A stretch of DNA of 64,000 bases from sequence record PP885688.1, one strand, 5' to 3'. The notes beneath the pieces were generated by a model. That model saw only the letters and a program-made list of their open reading frames with translations. It was not told the DNA's origin and did no database searches. Numbering within the stretch: position 1 is the first letter of the stretch; each line of letters begins with the position of its first letter. Shown here in pieces: positions 18,627-27,219 of this stretch. A program made the translations under genes and the position numbers.

Positions 18627-18932
18627 TTATGCGGCCTGCGCGGGCGTCCACCGCTCCATGAATCCGGCCAGTACAGAGGCCAGCGGCGTGTAGTCGGTCT
18701 CACGGAGCGAGTGGGCGATCCGCTCAAGCTGTGGCCGAGTGAAGCCCTGCAGTGCAGTCATGACCCGAGTAAACTCGATGATCGTGCCGTAGGACTCGAA
18801 CATGCAGGTACGCCCGCAGATCATCGACACAAAGCACTGTTCAGAGCTTAGGTAGTCGATGGAGTAGTCGTAGACAGCCCTTACGGAAGATTCGGAGTTG
18901 TCTAGTACGTCGCGCAGTTCTGGCGTCATCAT
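18627..18932 (-). CDS. Hypothetical protein (101 aa)
   Basis: GAGGG RBS and its own class II motif. Confidence 0.7.
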   Translation of the reverse strand: MMTPELRDVLDNSESSVRAVYDYSIDYLSSEQCFVSMICGRTCMFESYGTIIEFTRVMTALQGFTRPQLERIAHSLRETDYTPLASVLAGFMERWTPAQAA

Positions 18933-18951
18933 GTCTTTTATCCCTCGACCT

Positions 18952-18986
18952 CAACCTACAGAGTGAAACAACCCAAAGATGACTTT
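18952..18986 (-). promoter_or_regulatory. Class II promoter motif
   Basis: AAAGTCATCTTTG-N13-TGTAGGTTG; the spacer is nearly identical to the 18581 copy. Confidence 0.8.
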
Positions 18987-19013
18987 GGTACAAGGCTATT
19001 TAGCGTCCGAGGG

Positions 19014-19598
19014 TCACTTGACGGCGCAGAGTTGTGCTTCAACTGCCGGGGCTAGCTTGCCAGTACCACACAGGGCATTGCCCACCTTTTCGGTGTTGCT
19101 TCCATCACCCACCGGGTAAGGTGTAAAGTCCCCCAACGTCTCATACTCGTGGTCCTTGCTATCCGGATCCGGGAACCAGAAGGTGCAGCGCACCGTTTCG
19201 TTCGGGTGCTTTTTACCGGGCGCAACACAAGAGGAAGCGAATAGAACTTTTGTGCCCGGCTGCACGTTGTCCAGAAACCATTTGTTGTGGACAACAGGAG
19301 AGGTTCGGGCACTTGGCGGAGTCAGCAGTGCGAGGGCAATCGTATGACCCTTGTTGATAGGGGCCTCGACGCGGAAGTTACCGGCATCAGTGTAGAGCAG
19401 GTGAACTCCCTGTCCACCTTGATCCAACTTGGCACCCGTGGTGGTTTTATCAAGGGTCACGTCGCCGCCGGTGTAGACGCGTACGTTTTGATCGAGTGTC
19501 GCCAGTTGATACTGGCTAACATGCTTATAGGTCTTGTCTTTCTGGGCGAAGACAGACCCAGACAGAAGCAACAGTACAGCGGTCATTCTTAGTTTCAT
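19014..19598 (-). CDS. Exported hypothetical protein
   Basis: Signal peptide MKLRMTAVLLLLSGSVFAQ; four Cys. Confidence 0.75.
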   Translation of the reverse strand: MKLRMTAVLLLLSGSVFAQKDKTYKHVSQYQLATLDQNVRVYTGGDVTLDKTTTGAKLDQGGQGVHLLYTDAGNFRVEAPINKGHTIALALLTPPSARTSPVVHNKWFLDNVQPGTKVLFASSCVAPGKKHPNETVRCTFWFPDPDSKDHEYETLGDFTPYPVGDGSNTEKVGNALCGTGKLAPAVEAQLCAVK

Positions 19599-19695
19599 CA
19601 GACTCTCTTTTCTTGGTACACCACACAATCGCCGCTTGTTTCAAGCCGAGGAGATCACTCCGCAACTTATCGGCTGTTGTGTGTGCCCATAAACT

Positions 19696-19730
19696 CAACC
19701 TACAAACCAAAAACCTCCAAAGATGACTTT
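19696..19730 (-). promoter_or_regulatory. Class II promoter motif
   Basis: AAAGTCATCTTTG-N13-TGTAGGTTG. Confidence 0.8.
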
Positions 19731-20320
19731 CAGGCGACGTTCGACGCCAAATATTCTGCCTGTCCGTCCAGCCACTTCAGCAACTGCTCCGCCCCGGGCT
19801 TCCGGACGTTCAGCTGCTTTCCGGTGAGTGCGTAGAGACCCTCCTCCAGCTCCCAGAAGTAGGGAAGCGGCAGCGTCTTGAGGATCTTCTTCTGGACCAG
19901 CACCAGCGCCCAGAGATAGGCGTAGAATCCATGCGCTGGCTTCGAGTTGATCAACCGGCGGCCTTCCCCGAAGCATGTCGTGTGCTCGAAGACGGCTTCG
20001 TTGGCGACAGCGTCCTGCAGCTCGTGCGCCATGTTGCCGACCGGCGCAGTACCGGCGTCACGGGATGCCATGCTGTGGAGCGTCAGTGACCCGTGGAGCG
20101 ACACTTCGACCTTGCCGATGTCATCACCCTTACCGGCCTGGATCATCTCCTCTGTGGTGCAGGGATTGCCTTCCCGGAATCGTTTGCGGACGAAGAGCTG
20201 CTCCCGCTGTACATGTCCCGGCAGCATCGCGAAGAGCTCCGCGTCGAGGACGGGATCGACAAAGCGTCCGGCCCACGGCAGGTAGTCGAAGGCGCTCTTT
20301 TTTGCTTTGACCTTATCCAT
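19730..20320 (-). CDS. Hypothetical protein (196 aa)
   Basis: Start MDKVKA overlapping the upstream stop. Confidence 0.65.
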   Translation of the reverse strand: MDKVKAKKSAFDYLPWAGRFVDPVLDAELFAMLPGHVQREQLFVRKRFREGNPCTTEEMIQAGKGDDIGKVEVSLHGSLTLHSMASRDAGTAPVGNMAHELQDAVANEAVFEHTTCFGEGRRLINSKPAHGFYAYLWALVLVQKKILKTLPLPYFWELEEGLYALTGKQLNVRKPGAEQLLKWLDGQAEYLASNVA

Positions 20321-20888
20321 CGACTTCAGTGCCCTCGGCCTCGCAGCCTGGCTTGTGGGAACGCATGTAGACAAAGGGTGCGCCGGTGCAGGTGTCGAAC
20401 CGCTCAGCACAACTGAGAGCGCCCTTGATGCGTTCAAGGATCGGCTGATCCGGCGTAGCGAACAGGTAGCCTAGTGCGAAGTCTGCACCAGAACCCGATG
20501 CATAGTAGTCGTCCTTGGCCTCGTAGAGCAGGCCCATGCTATTCCCGCGAAAGATGCGACCCTTGTACGCGACTACTAGACCCAACGCTTCATCTCCGTC
20601 GTTGACAGCCCTCTCAAGGCTCTTCGAGCGGAGACAACGACGGATGGCGACTGGCAGGTGAGAAGAGACGAACTCATCGTCGGGCATGCCCTCAGGGTGC
20701 TCGATGTCGCCGAGGCCGTAGGTGAGGGCATTCATATAGATCATCATGCCGCTCATCCCAATGAGCAGGTCGCCACTCCGCAGGATCTTCGGCTTCTCCA
20801 CGACGGAGGGCCTGGTGCCGGTGGTGAAGCGGCTGTCGGCACCGATCACGACTCCCCATTTGTCTTTGATAGCGGCGATGGTGGTCAC
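20313..20888 (-). CDS. Ntn-hydrolase, HslV/proteasome-beta-like peptidase
   Basis: N-terminal MTTIAA..GVVIGADSR.T, KI, GMSG, ASGSG..FALG. Confidence 0.8.
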   Translation of the reverse strand: MTTIAAIKDKWGVVIGADSRFTTGTRPSVVEKPKILRSGDLLIGMSGMMIYMNALTYGLGDIEHPEGMPDDEFVSSHLPVAIRRCLRSKSLERAVNDGDEALGLVVAYKGRIFRGNSMGLLYEAKDDYYASGSGADFALGYLFATPDQPILERIKGALSCAERFDTCTGAPFVYMRSHKPGCEAEGTEVDG

Positions 20889-21460
20889 GAGGTGGCCTCG
20901 GTGGTGCAGCAGGGTTCGTGCAGCATGTTGCTCTTCATCCCGCAGGCCTTATGCTCACCGTATTCCGGTGTGTGACAGAGGCACGTGCAGGTGGGTGCGG
21001 TCTTCGGGATAAGAGCGAGGATCTCATTACCGCGAACCTCGTAGAGGTGGGCTACGTCGTAGCAGTTGGTCTCGATGACGGTGCGAGCGAGGCGTGCGGC
21101 GCTGAAGCATACCTCGGCGGCGTCCTTGACTCCGGCGTTGTAGTTCGCGACGCGGCGCTCTGCTTCTACCTGGTTCGTCTTGGCACGATGGGCTGCGATC
21201 TCACTCAGAGCTGCACGGATTGCGATGACGTCGAACTGGCTCAGGATGTGTTCGTGGACCCCGGCTGCCATACGTGCGAGCCGTTGGATCTGATCGGCGG
21301 ACGTCGTAGCCCGCATCTTCTCCTCGTACTCTTCTCGCCGCTTCTTCGTTTCCTCTTCGTAGCCAGGTGTGGGAGCGCCGCTCAGAAAGCGGGCTAACCC
21401 TTCGGGCGTCGGGTCTCCCGCGACGTTGATCTCGTGACGTGCGTACTTTGGAATGCGCAT
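20885..21460 (-). CDS. Hypothetical protein (191 aa)
   Basis: TGATG coupling to the ligase C-half. Confidence 0.65.
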   Translation of the reverse strand: MRIPKYARHEINVAGDPTPEGLARFLSGAPTPGYEEETKKRREEYEEKMRATTSADQIQRLARMAAGVHEHILSQFDVIAIRAALSEIAAHRAKTNQVEAERRVANYNAGVKDAAEVCFSAARLARTVIETNCYDVAHLYEVRGNEILALIPKTAPTCTCLCHTPEYGEHKACGMKSNMLHEPCCTTEATS

Positions 21461-22413
21461 CAGTCCGCCCACTCCACATCAAGGCCACCACCGGCGGCCT
21501 TGAGTCCGTACTTCACAAATTGCTCATTGATCCAGTCAGTGTCGAAGTTGGGGATGTTGAGTTCCTTCGCCTTCTTCAACTTCGTCGCGCCGGGCTCGGT
21601 GCCGACGAGGAGGTGTGTTACCTTCTTCGTCACGCCACTCTTCGAGACCGCGCCCAACTTCACGAGCTGGTTGGTGATGTACTCACGGCTGCCGATCTCG
21701 TAGAACTCACCGGTGATGCAGAAGGCAACGCCCGCCAGAGGGGAACCCTCGACGACCGTGGGCTGCTCAATCGGAGTCGGGCGTACGCCTGCAGAGTAGA
21801 GACGCTGACAGATCAGCGAACCCTCGGCGTCGAGCGCGAACTTGTTCAGTTCTGCCCGCTTGTGGAAGCCGATTCCCTCGATCTCCTTGATCTCCTGCAC
21901 CAGTCCAGGCAGATACAGCTTTGCCGGAAGTGTGAGCATGCCCTCAGAGGTGAGCTTGTGTTCCTTGGCGATCACCTTACCGAGAGTGATGCCGATCATC
22001 GGAATACCAAGGGCACCGATCCAGCGATCCCACCCGGCAGTCTTTGCACGCTCAGCGGTCTCGATCATGTTGAGGATCGCGGCGGCGGCGAGACCACGCT
22101 TACGCATGACAGCAGAGAACTTCTCCTCACCGTGTTTCTCCAGGGCAGCCGCGCATTCGTTGAGGAACTCAAAGAGGTCCGCGATGTTGGTGATGTAGCC
22201 AGCCTTCGCGAGCGTCGCAGCCATCTCAGGCCCAAGACCTTCGATCTCCAGCAGCTTGCGGTCGGCGATGTAGGTGAGCATGTCGGCAACGCGGCCAGCA
22301 CAGAGAGTGTTCTCGCACCAGTGAGTGATGATCTGAGACTTGGGCTCGGTGTATTCGACGATGACGGAGCCGCAGTCCGGGCAGAGTGTGGGGGCGTTGA
22401 TAGGGGTTGTCAT
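21460..22413 (-). CDS. ligA: NAD-dependent DNA ligase, C-terminal half (Zn finger, HhH, BRCT)
   Basis: CPDCGS...WCENTLC zinc finger; IEGLGPE, ALGIPMIG and IEGIG HhH motifs; FCITG...SGVTKKVTHLLVG.EPGATKLKKAKELNI BRCT. Confidence 0.9.
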   Translation of the reverse strand: MTTPINAPTLCPDCGSVIVEYTEPKSQIITHWCENTLCAGRVADMLTYIADRKLLEIEGLGPEMAATLAKAGYITNIADLFEFLNECAAALEKHGEEKFSAVMRKRGLAAAAILNMIETAERAKTAGWDRWIGALGIPMIGITLGKVIAKEHKLTSEGMLTLPAKLYLPGLVQEIKEIEGIGFHKRAELNKFALDAEGSLICQRLYSAGVRPTPIEQPTVVEGSPLAGVAFCITGEFYEIGSREYITNQLVKLGAVSKSGVTKKVTHLLVGTEPGATKLKKAKELNIPNFDTDWINEQFVKYGLKAAGGGLDVEWAD

Positions 22414-22415
22414 GG

Positions 22416-22679
22416 TTAGGATATTTCCGTGAAGGAGGGTCCACCCGCGTAGAAGGAGGTGATCTTGACGATGGAGTGCGAAGATAGGGCGACCATGCTG
22501 AAAATCTGATCCGGAGTCTCTTTGACGGTGTGGCGTTCCCCATTTTTCTGCGCCAGGTACGTACCCTTCTCGAATTGCTGAACGGTTGAAATATCGTCAG
22601 CAACAACGTAGACAGGGCTAATCTTGCCGGGTGGGACTATTGCGCTACCTGTGGGTGTCAACTTCAGGATGTTCATCAA
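22416..22679 (-). CDS. FlbD/SwrD-like small protein
   Basis: ILKLT...VYVVADDISTVQQ..T.L..KNGERHTVKETPDQI pattern. Confidence 0.55.
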   Translation of the reverse strand: MMNILKLTPTGSAIVPPGKISPVYVVADDISTVQQFEKGTYLAQKNGERHTVKETPDQIFSMVALSSHSIVKITSFYAGGPSFTEIS

Positions 22680-22710
22680 ATCTCCTCGTCGGGCAAAGCC
22701 AGACTTTCGC

Positions 22711-22746
22711 TAATACCCTCGGAGGAGGTCGTTCCCTGAATATCGA
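22711..22746 (-). promoter_or_regulatory. Class I promoter motif
   Basis: TCGATATTCAGG-N16-GGGTATTA; would drive the FlbD-like gene and the ligase C-half. Confidence 0.8.
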
Positions 22747-22758
22747 GGCAAGTTTTTT

Positions 22759-23370
22759 CTAGTAGTAGTTCTTCTGCCGCAGCTCGGATAGAGCGTTCAG
22801 GTCGAACCGCTGCGCCGGGCTCCCCAGGTTGACCGGCAGCTGGAGATAGTCGACGATCTGGCGGATGTAGTCGAACCCGAGCGTCAGCTCCACAGTCTGC
22901 CCACGTAGATTGCCCTGGATGATTCCGTCCATGACGCTGGCGGCCTCATGGCTGTCTTGGACGCGGCCCTGCTGATGGTAGGCGAAGCTTTTGTCACGCG
23001 GGTGGTAGAAGGTGAGGTTGTTGTAACTATCCCAGTACTCATGAACCGTGTTGCGAAATGCCTGGGTGCCACCCTGCTTCGAGTACACGATACCAAGCAG
23101 CAGCGGGCTGTCCGTGATGACGTAATCAGTAGCGTGACGCAGACGATGCAACCGTCTGTTTTGCTTGGCGAGGATATAGAGCTGATCGGCCAGGATGTTG
23201 GAGCGATCCTCGTAGACCATGTCTTCCGCGTATTCCTGCACGTATTTGACGCGGAGGCCTGCACGCTTCATGAAGTAGCTGAGGCCGAGGGCTGTGCACG
23301 TCTTCCCGGTGTTCGGCCCGCCGATCAGATTGATGATCGTCGCGCCCTTCTGCTGGTCTTGCTGGCTCAC
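22759..23370 (-). CDS. NadR/AAA_28-type P-loop nucleotide kinase
   Basis: INLIGGPNTGKT, VQEYA, VITDSPLL, YHQQGR; GTG start with GGAG RBS. Confidence 0.8.
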   Translation of the reverse strand: MSQQDQQKGATIINLIGGPNTGKTCTALGLSYFMKRAGLRVKYVQEYAEDMVYEDRSNILADQLYILAKQNRRLHRLRHATDYVITDSPLLLGIVYSKQGGTQAFRNTVHEYWDSYNNLTFYHPRDKSFAYHQQGRVQDSHEAASVMDGIIQGNLRGQTVELTLGFDYIRQIVDYLQLPVNLGSPAQRFDLNALSELRQKNYY

Positions 23371-23860
23371 GGGTGTCTCCTGTGGGTTCGTTGGTTTTGA
23401 AGTAGGCCACGATGGCGTGGACAATGGGGAGGGTTAGGCCGACGCTGAACTCGGTCTTGAAGAGGTGGTCCATCAGGTGCGCCATGTCCGAGTCGTCGTC
23501 AAGGATGGCGAAGCTGGTCACGTCTGGGTGCATGTCGATCCAGTCTTGGATTTCAACCCCACGCGGGACACCAAAGGTGGTCGCGCCGGTACGATCGACG
23601 AGCCGGTTACGGTCGATGCCGTTCTCTTCGAGCAGGTCAGCGCACTCCGGGACCGTGAGGCCTGTGCGCCAGCAGCTGCTCAGCACGATCAGGAGGTCAG
23701 GGATCGTTTCGAGGAGGACGCGAAGATTGTTGGTTGCGATCGGGCACCAGGTGCGCCAGCCCTTGTCTGATTCCGCATCGTCCTTATGCAGCCAGCGATG
23801 GTAGCGTGCTGACTGCTCGGTCATCATGACGCCGTCGATGTCGAGGAAGAGGATCTTCAC
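23126..23860 (-). CDS. HAD phosphatase, Swiss-Army-Knife RNA-repair-like type
   Basis: KILFLDIDGV, IVLSSCWR, RGVEIQDWI, FAILDDDSDM, GLT. The frame runs about 245 nt into the kinase gene. Confidence 0.85.
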   Translation of the reverse strand: MKILFLDIDGVMMTEQSARYHRWLHKDDAESDKGWRTWCPIATNNLRVLLETIPDLLIVLSSCWRTGLTVPECADLLEENGIDRNRLVDRTGATTFGVPRGVEIQDWIDMHPDVTSFAILDDDSDMAHLMDHLFKTEFSVGLTLPIVHAIVAYFKTNEPTGDTREPARPAEGRDDHQSDRRAEHREDVHSPRPQLLHEACRPPRQIRAGIRGRHGLRGSLQHPGRSALYPRQAKQTVASSASRY

Positions 23861-24258
23861 GGGACATCCTTCTGTGCATCGACCAGAGCACGGTGGGAGG
23901 CGATGAGGAATCCAACTGGGTCAACACCAGCTCCGATCTGTCCGTTGGTCTTCTCGGTCAGGTACGCGGCGACGCGAGCCTCATCTCCCTCGTAGGTGAA
24001 GTCGGGGGACTTCTCGCGGATAGCGCTGCGGGTCTTGACCCACTCCTCGTTGAGGAAGGTCTCCTCAGTGGGGGACGCCACGTTGACCACTGTCCGGGCA
24101 AGCCGGATGACCGGTGCCCACTCTGGGTGGAGAACGCCCTGGATGGTATGGCGACGTCCGTTGATGTGGCGCTCGTCGATGTCGAGAGAGAAGAGAGGCA
24201 ATCCCTTCTCCTTCGCGGTAGCCTTATCGTCCTTGTCGTAACGGGGCTGGGAGATCAT
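23857..24258 (-). CDS. Hypothetical protein (133 aa)
   Basis: Coupled on both sides. Confidence 0.65.
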   Translation of the reverse strand: MISQPRYDKDDKATAKEKGLPLFSLDIDERHINGRRHTIQGVLHPEWAPVIRLARTVVNVASPTEETFLNEEWVKTRSAIREKSPDFTYEGDEARVAAYLTEKTNGQIGAGVDPVGFLIASHRALVDAQKDVP

Positions 24259-24845
24259 GCCTGGCCCGCCGCTTCCGCCGCAGCGGCCTCTGCCGACTCC
24301 GCAGCCTTCTTCACCGCACGTGCAGCCTTCTCGGCGTCAATGATTGCGTAGTACTCGGAGATCCGCAGCTCGGTGCAGCCAGTGGGGACGTCGGTGCCGC
24401 CGGGGGTGCAGAGAATGGTCTTGTCCCCGTAAACGCCGAAGGTTGCCCAGTACATGCTGTTGCCTTCCCACTTGGTGAAGGTCTGGCCGAGAGCCCGTTC
24501 GAGCATGCCGGTGAAGCCTAAGCTGTCAGGAGCCGAAGGGATCTCGTCGATCATCTTCGCGATGGCCTTACCCGCCTTCGTACGCTTGGCGGGAACGTAG
24601 TAGTCGCCGTCGAAGCGCCAGCCCTCAGGGACCTTACCTTCGGGGAAGCCGCAACCGACAAAGTAGGCGCTACCGTCGCCGCGAATCAGGAGGCGATCTG
24701 CACCTTGCTCTTTTTCAAAGGCTTCTAAGATTCCGACTCGGATTTCGGTCTTGGCGGTGGCCTCGTTGATGACGGCAAGTGCCGGTGCATCGGGTCCAAC
24801 CAGATAGTAGATGTGATCGCTCATTCGGTATTGCTCCTCGGCCAC
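24255..24845 (-). CDS. Hypothetical protein (~190 aa; start may be 24824)
   Basis: Class I motif upstream. Confidence 0.7.
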   Translation of the reverse strand: MAEEQYRMSDHIYYLVGPDAPALAVINEATAKTEIRVGILEAFEKEQGADRLLIRGDGSAYFVGCGFPEGKVPEGWRFDGDYYVPAKRTKAGKAIAKMIDEIPSAPDSLGFTGMLERALGQTFTKWEGNSMYWATFGVYGDKTILCTPGGTDVPTGCTELRISEYYAIIDAEKAARAVKKAAESAEAAAAEAAGQA

Positions 24846-24862
24846 ATAAGCGGCTCAAGGGG

Positions 24863-24898
24863 TAATACCGTTCGGGGTGGCCTGACCCTGATTATTGG
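24863..24898 (-). promoter_or_regulatory. Class I promoter motif
   Basis: CCAATAATCAGG-N16-CGGTATTA. Confidence 0.75.
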
Positions 24899-24914
24899 GT
24901 CAGCTTTTTATTGC

Positions 24915-25145
24915 TCACCCGGCCACGTCGACCAGGTTCAGCGAGGGCGAAGGACCGATCCCCTTCGCCTGGCGGGTCGCCTCATCATTCTGCCAATAGA
25001 AGTAATGGTGACTGATCTCCAGCACCTCTGTGAAGACGGTTGCCTTCTCGGTCTGGAACGCGATCTTCTCCCCGACGCGTGGCAGGACCTCGACCACGAT
25101 CGTGGCTAGTATGTCGTCCGCTTTATTAGCTATTGTCAGGAGCAT
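24915..25145 (-). CDS. Hypothetical protein (76 aa)
   Basis: GAGGAGG RBS before MLLTIAN. Confidence 0.6.
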   Translation of the reverse strand: MLLTIANKADDILATIVVEVLPRVGEKIAFQTEKATVFTEVLEISHHYFYWQNDEATRQAKGIGPSPSLNLVDVAG

Positions 25146-25374
25146 CGGAATCCTCCTCATCGTCGACATGCGGACACTCGTCCACGTTGAATGTCTTCGT
25201 GCAGGTCGTGCAGTGACCGGCGATGTCACAGTTGCGGTACGGCGTGATCAGCTCGGTGCGGCATATAGGACAGAGGAACCCTTTGTCTCTTCCGTCTACG
25301 TCAGCAGTCTTGCCGGTGCAGTCACCGCAGTGGAAGGGCTCTGGGAGAGGGTTGGGCGTGATGATTTCGTGCAT
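25126..25374 (-). CDS. Cys-rich putative zinc-binding protein
   Basis: CGDC, CPIC, C..GHC..C motifs; TAATG coupling. Confidence 0.65.
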   Translation of the reverse strand: MHEIITPNPLPEPFHCGDCTGKTADVDGRDKGFLCPICRTELITPYRNCDIAGHCTTCTKTFNVDECPHVDDEEDSDAPDNS

Positions 25375-25631
25375 TAGCGACCCCACAATTCGCGGTTCTT
25401 ACCGTACAACCGCTTGTAATAGCGCCGACGCGCGTAGGCCTGGCGCAGGGCGGACTCAACAGCATTCCGCCGAGGATCCTCCGCCTTCAGAGATCCGAGC
25501 GCCGTCCGAAATTGTGTCACCCGATAGTTCAGTTGATGGCGAAGTGACAGGCCGATTGAATAGGCATAGGTGTTGGGCCAGGGTATGTGCGTGATGATCC
25601 ACGTGGGTAGGTACTCCAGACTATTCTCCAT
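25374..25631 (-). CDS. Hypothetical basic protein (85 aa)
   Basis: Overlaps the stop of the ligase N-half. Confidence 0.6.
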   Translation of the reverse strand: MENSLEYLPTWIITHIPWPNTYAYSIGLSLRHQLNYRVTQFRTALGSLKAEDPRRNAVESALRQAYARRRYYKRLYGKNRELWGR

Positions 25632-26763
25632 CGAGCACCGCTGTGATCTGCGGGATCACATCCCCGCTGCGCACGACCTCGACACGGCTTCCGATCTCGA
25701 GTTTCATTGCACGGATCCACGAGAGGTTGTTCAGCGTCACACGCTCGATGCTGGCACCGGCGAGAATCACCGGCTCGATCACACCGACCGGCGTCAGCTT
25801 GCCCTGGCGGCCTACCTGCCAGATGACGTCGAGCAGGACACTCTCGCTCTTCGCGTTCTGTGTCTTGAACGCGACCTGGAAGTTGGCGAACTTCGAACCT
25901 AGGCCTAGCTCGCGACGGCGGGCACAGCTGTCGATCTTGATGACGATACCGTCGCGACCGATCTCCTCATCCTTGTTGTCGAGCAGCTTGACGAACTTAG
26001 CCAGCTGAGCCAGCAGCTCCGTCGCATTGGCGACTGCGACATCGTCCGGTGCGTCGAAGCCAAACAGAATCAAGTCACTAAGGCGAGTGGAGGCGGAGTC
26101 ACCTGATTCGATGGATGAGTCGAGTAGGGGAGCGATGACCTCCCACGGCTTGAACTGAATGTCGCGCTTCTTGACCTCTTGGAGATCCTTCAGCTTCATG
26201 GTTCCGGCGACAAGGTTGCGCGTCGACATGTACGGCTTGCCTCCTGCCGCCACGATCTCCGCGTTCAGCTTGGCAAGGGTTGACTGCTTCATCACCAGCT
26301 CGCCACGGATCTCGAGGTCGATGCCGTAGCCGATTTCGTTGGGGATGGCGAAGATCACCTGGACTTGGGGGAGAATCGACTCACCGGCGTCGCCGTCACC
26401 GCGTGTGACTGCCTTGACCAGTTTGCCCTTCTCATAAGTGAGTGAGCAGCTGACGCCGTCATACTTCGAGCTGAGAGTCACAGTCTGACCTACGTGCCTC
26501 TTGTACCAGGTAAGGAGGTCGTCCACGCTGTAGACGTTCTCGATCGAGCGCATCGGATGAGCGTGGGGGATACGGCCACCGGCGTCGGTGCCTACGGTCG
26601 TGAGTACGGTGGCTCCGGAGGCTTGGGATGGGTTCAGCTTGACCAGTGTCGCGAGTTCAATCTCAGCCGCGTCATACTCGGCGTCGGACATGATGGGTTG
26701 ACCGGCGTAATAACTTTCTCTTGCAGCTGTCAGCTTTTGATTCAGACTTTCCACTGTTTGCAT
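25621..26763 (-). CDS. ligA: NAD-dependent DNA ligase, N-terminal half (Ia, adenylation, OB)
   Basis: YYAGQPIMSDAEYD, SSKYDG (active-site Lys), TRGDG, EIRGE, TRNLVAG, DGIVIK, WQVGRQGKLTPV, VRSGDVIP, then a stop. Confidence 0.92.
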   Translation of the reverse strand: MQTVESLNQKLTAARESYYAGQPIMSDAEYDAAEIELATLVKLNPSQASGATVLTTVGTDAGGRIPHAHPMRSIENVYSVDDLLTWYKRHVGQTVTLSSKYDGVSCSLTYEKGKLVKAVTRGDGDAGESILPQVQVIFAIPNEIGYGIDLEIRGELVMKQSTLAKLNAEIVAAGGKPYMSTRNLVAGTMKLKDLQEVKKRDIQFKPWEVIAPLLDSSIESGDSASTRLSDLILFGFDAPDDVAVANATELLAQLAKFVKLLDNKDEEIGRDGIVIKIDSCARRRELGLGSKFANFQVAFKTQNAKSESVLLDVIWQVGRQGKLTPVGVIEPVILAGASIERVTLNNLSWIRAMKLEIGSRVEVVRSGDVIPQITAVLDGE

Positions 26764-27139
26764 GGGACTCCTCGGTTGCGTTGCCATTGATGTGATTCCA
26801 GATCGCTGCTATCTGGGGCGTGAGGCGGACCCTCTTAGCATCCTGATGCGACTGCCACGCGGCGTTGAAGAGGTTGTGTTCGACGTGCATGATGGCAGCT
26901 ACGCTCAGCCCACCGATTTCAGCTTGTCGTGATGTGCCGCCACGGAAGTGGCTAGTAGACACAAGCACGTTGCCCACAGTGCACTCGTATCGCATCACAT
27001 GGAGACCTATTTGCCTGGGCTGCCATACGAGCTCGCCCGCCCGGGTCTTGTTGGTTAGTGCAATTAGGATCTGTTCCTCTGGCGTGTACGGGTTTTCTTT
27101 AGCTGAGGCGGCGTCCTTATTACGTCTCCAAAATGGCAT
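26672..27139 (-). CDS. Hypothetical protein (155 aa)
   Basis: Class I motif upstream; the tail overlaps the ligase start. Confidence 0.55.
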   Translation of the reverse strand: MPFWRRNKDAASAKENPYTPEEQILIALTNKTRAGELVWQPRQIGLHVMRYECTVGNVLVSTSHFRGGTSRQAEIGGLSVAAIMHVEHNLFNAAWQSHQDAKRVRLTPQIAAIWNHINGNATEESHANSGKSESKADSCKRKLLRRSTHHVRRRV

Positions 27140-27182
27140 GTCTGGGTCCCTTTCACGGCGAAAAAAGCCCGCCGTCTTTGAC

Positions 27183-27218
27183 TAATACCCATTCGCGGGG
27201 CCGGAAAGGGATTATCGC
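27183..27218 (-). promoter_or_regulatory. Class I promoter motif
   Basis: GCGATAATCCCT-N16-GGGTATTA. Confidence 0.7.
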
Positions 27219-27219
27219 G

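Noticed and set aside
22414-25620. Intein or group I intron explaining the ligA split
   Set aside because: No Cys/Ser-start or His-Asn-end intein segments are present, no homing endonuclease is visible, and the gap is filled by ordinary genes with their own promoters.
26672-26790. Programmed frameshift fusing the 155-aa ORF to ligA, or HAD to the kinase
   Set aside because: Each downstream gene has its own good RBS and start, and I see no slippery heptamer. Late stop codons explain the overlaps more simply.
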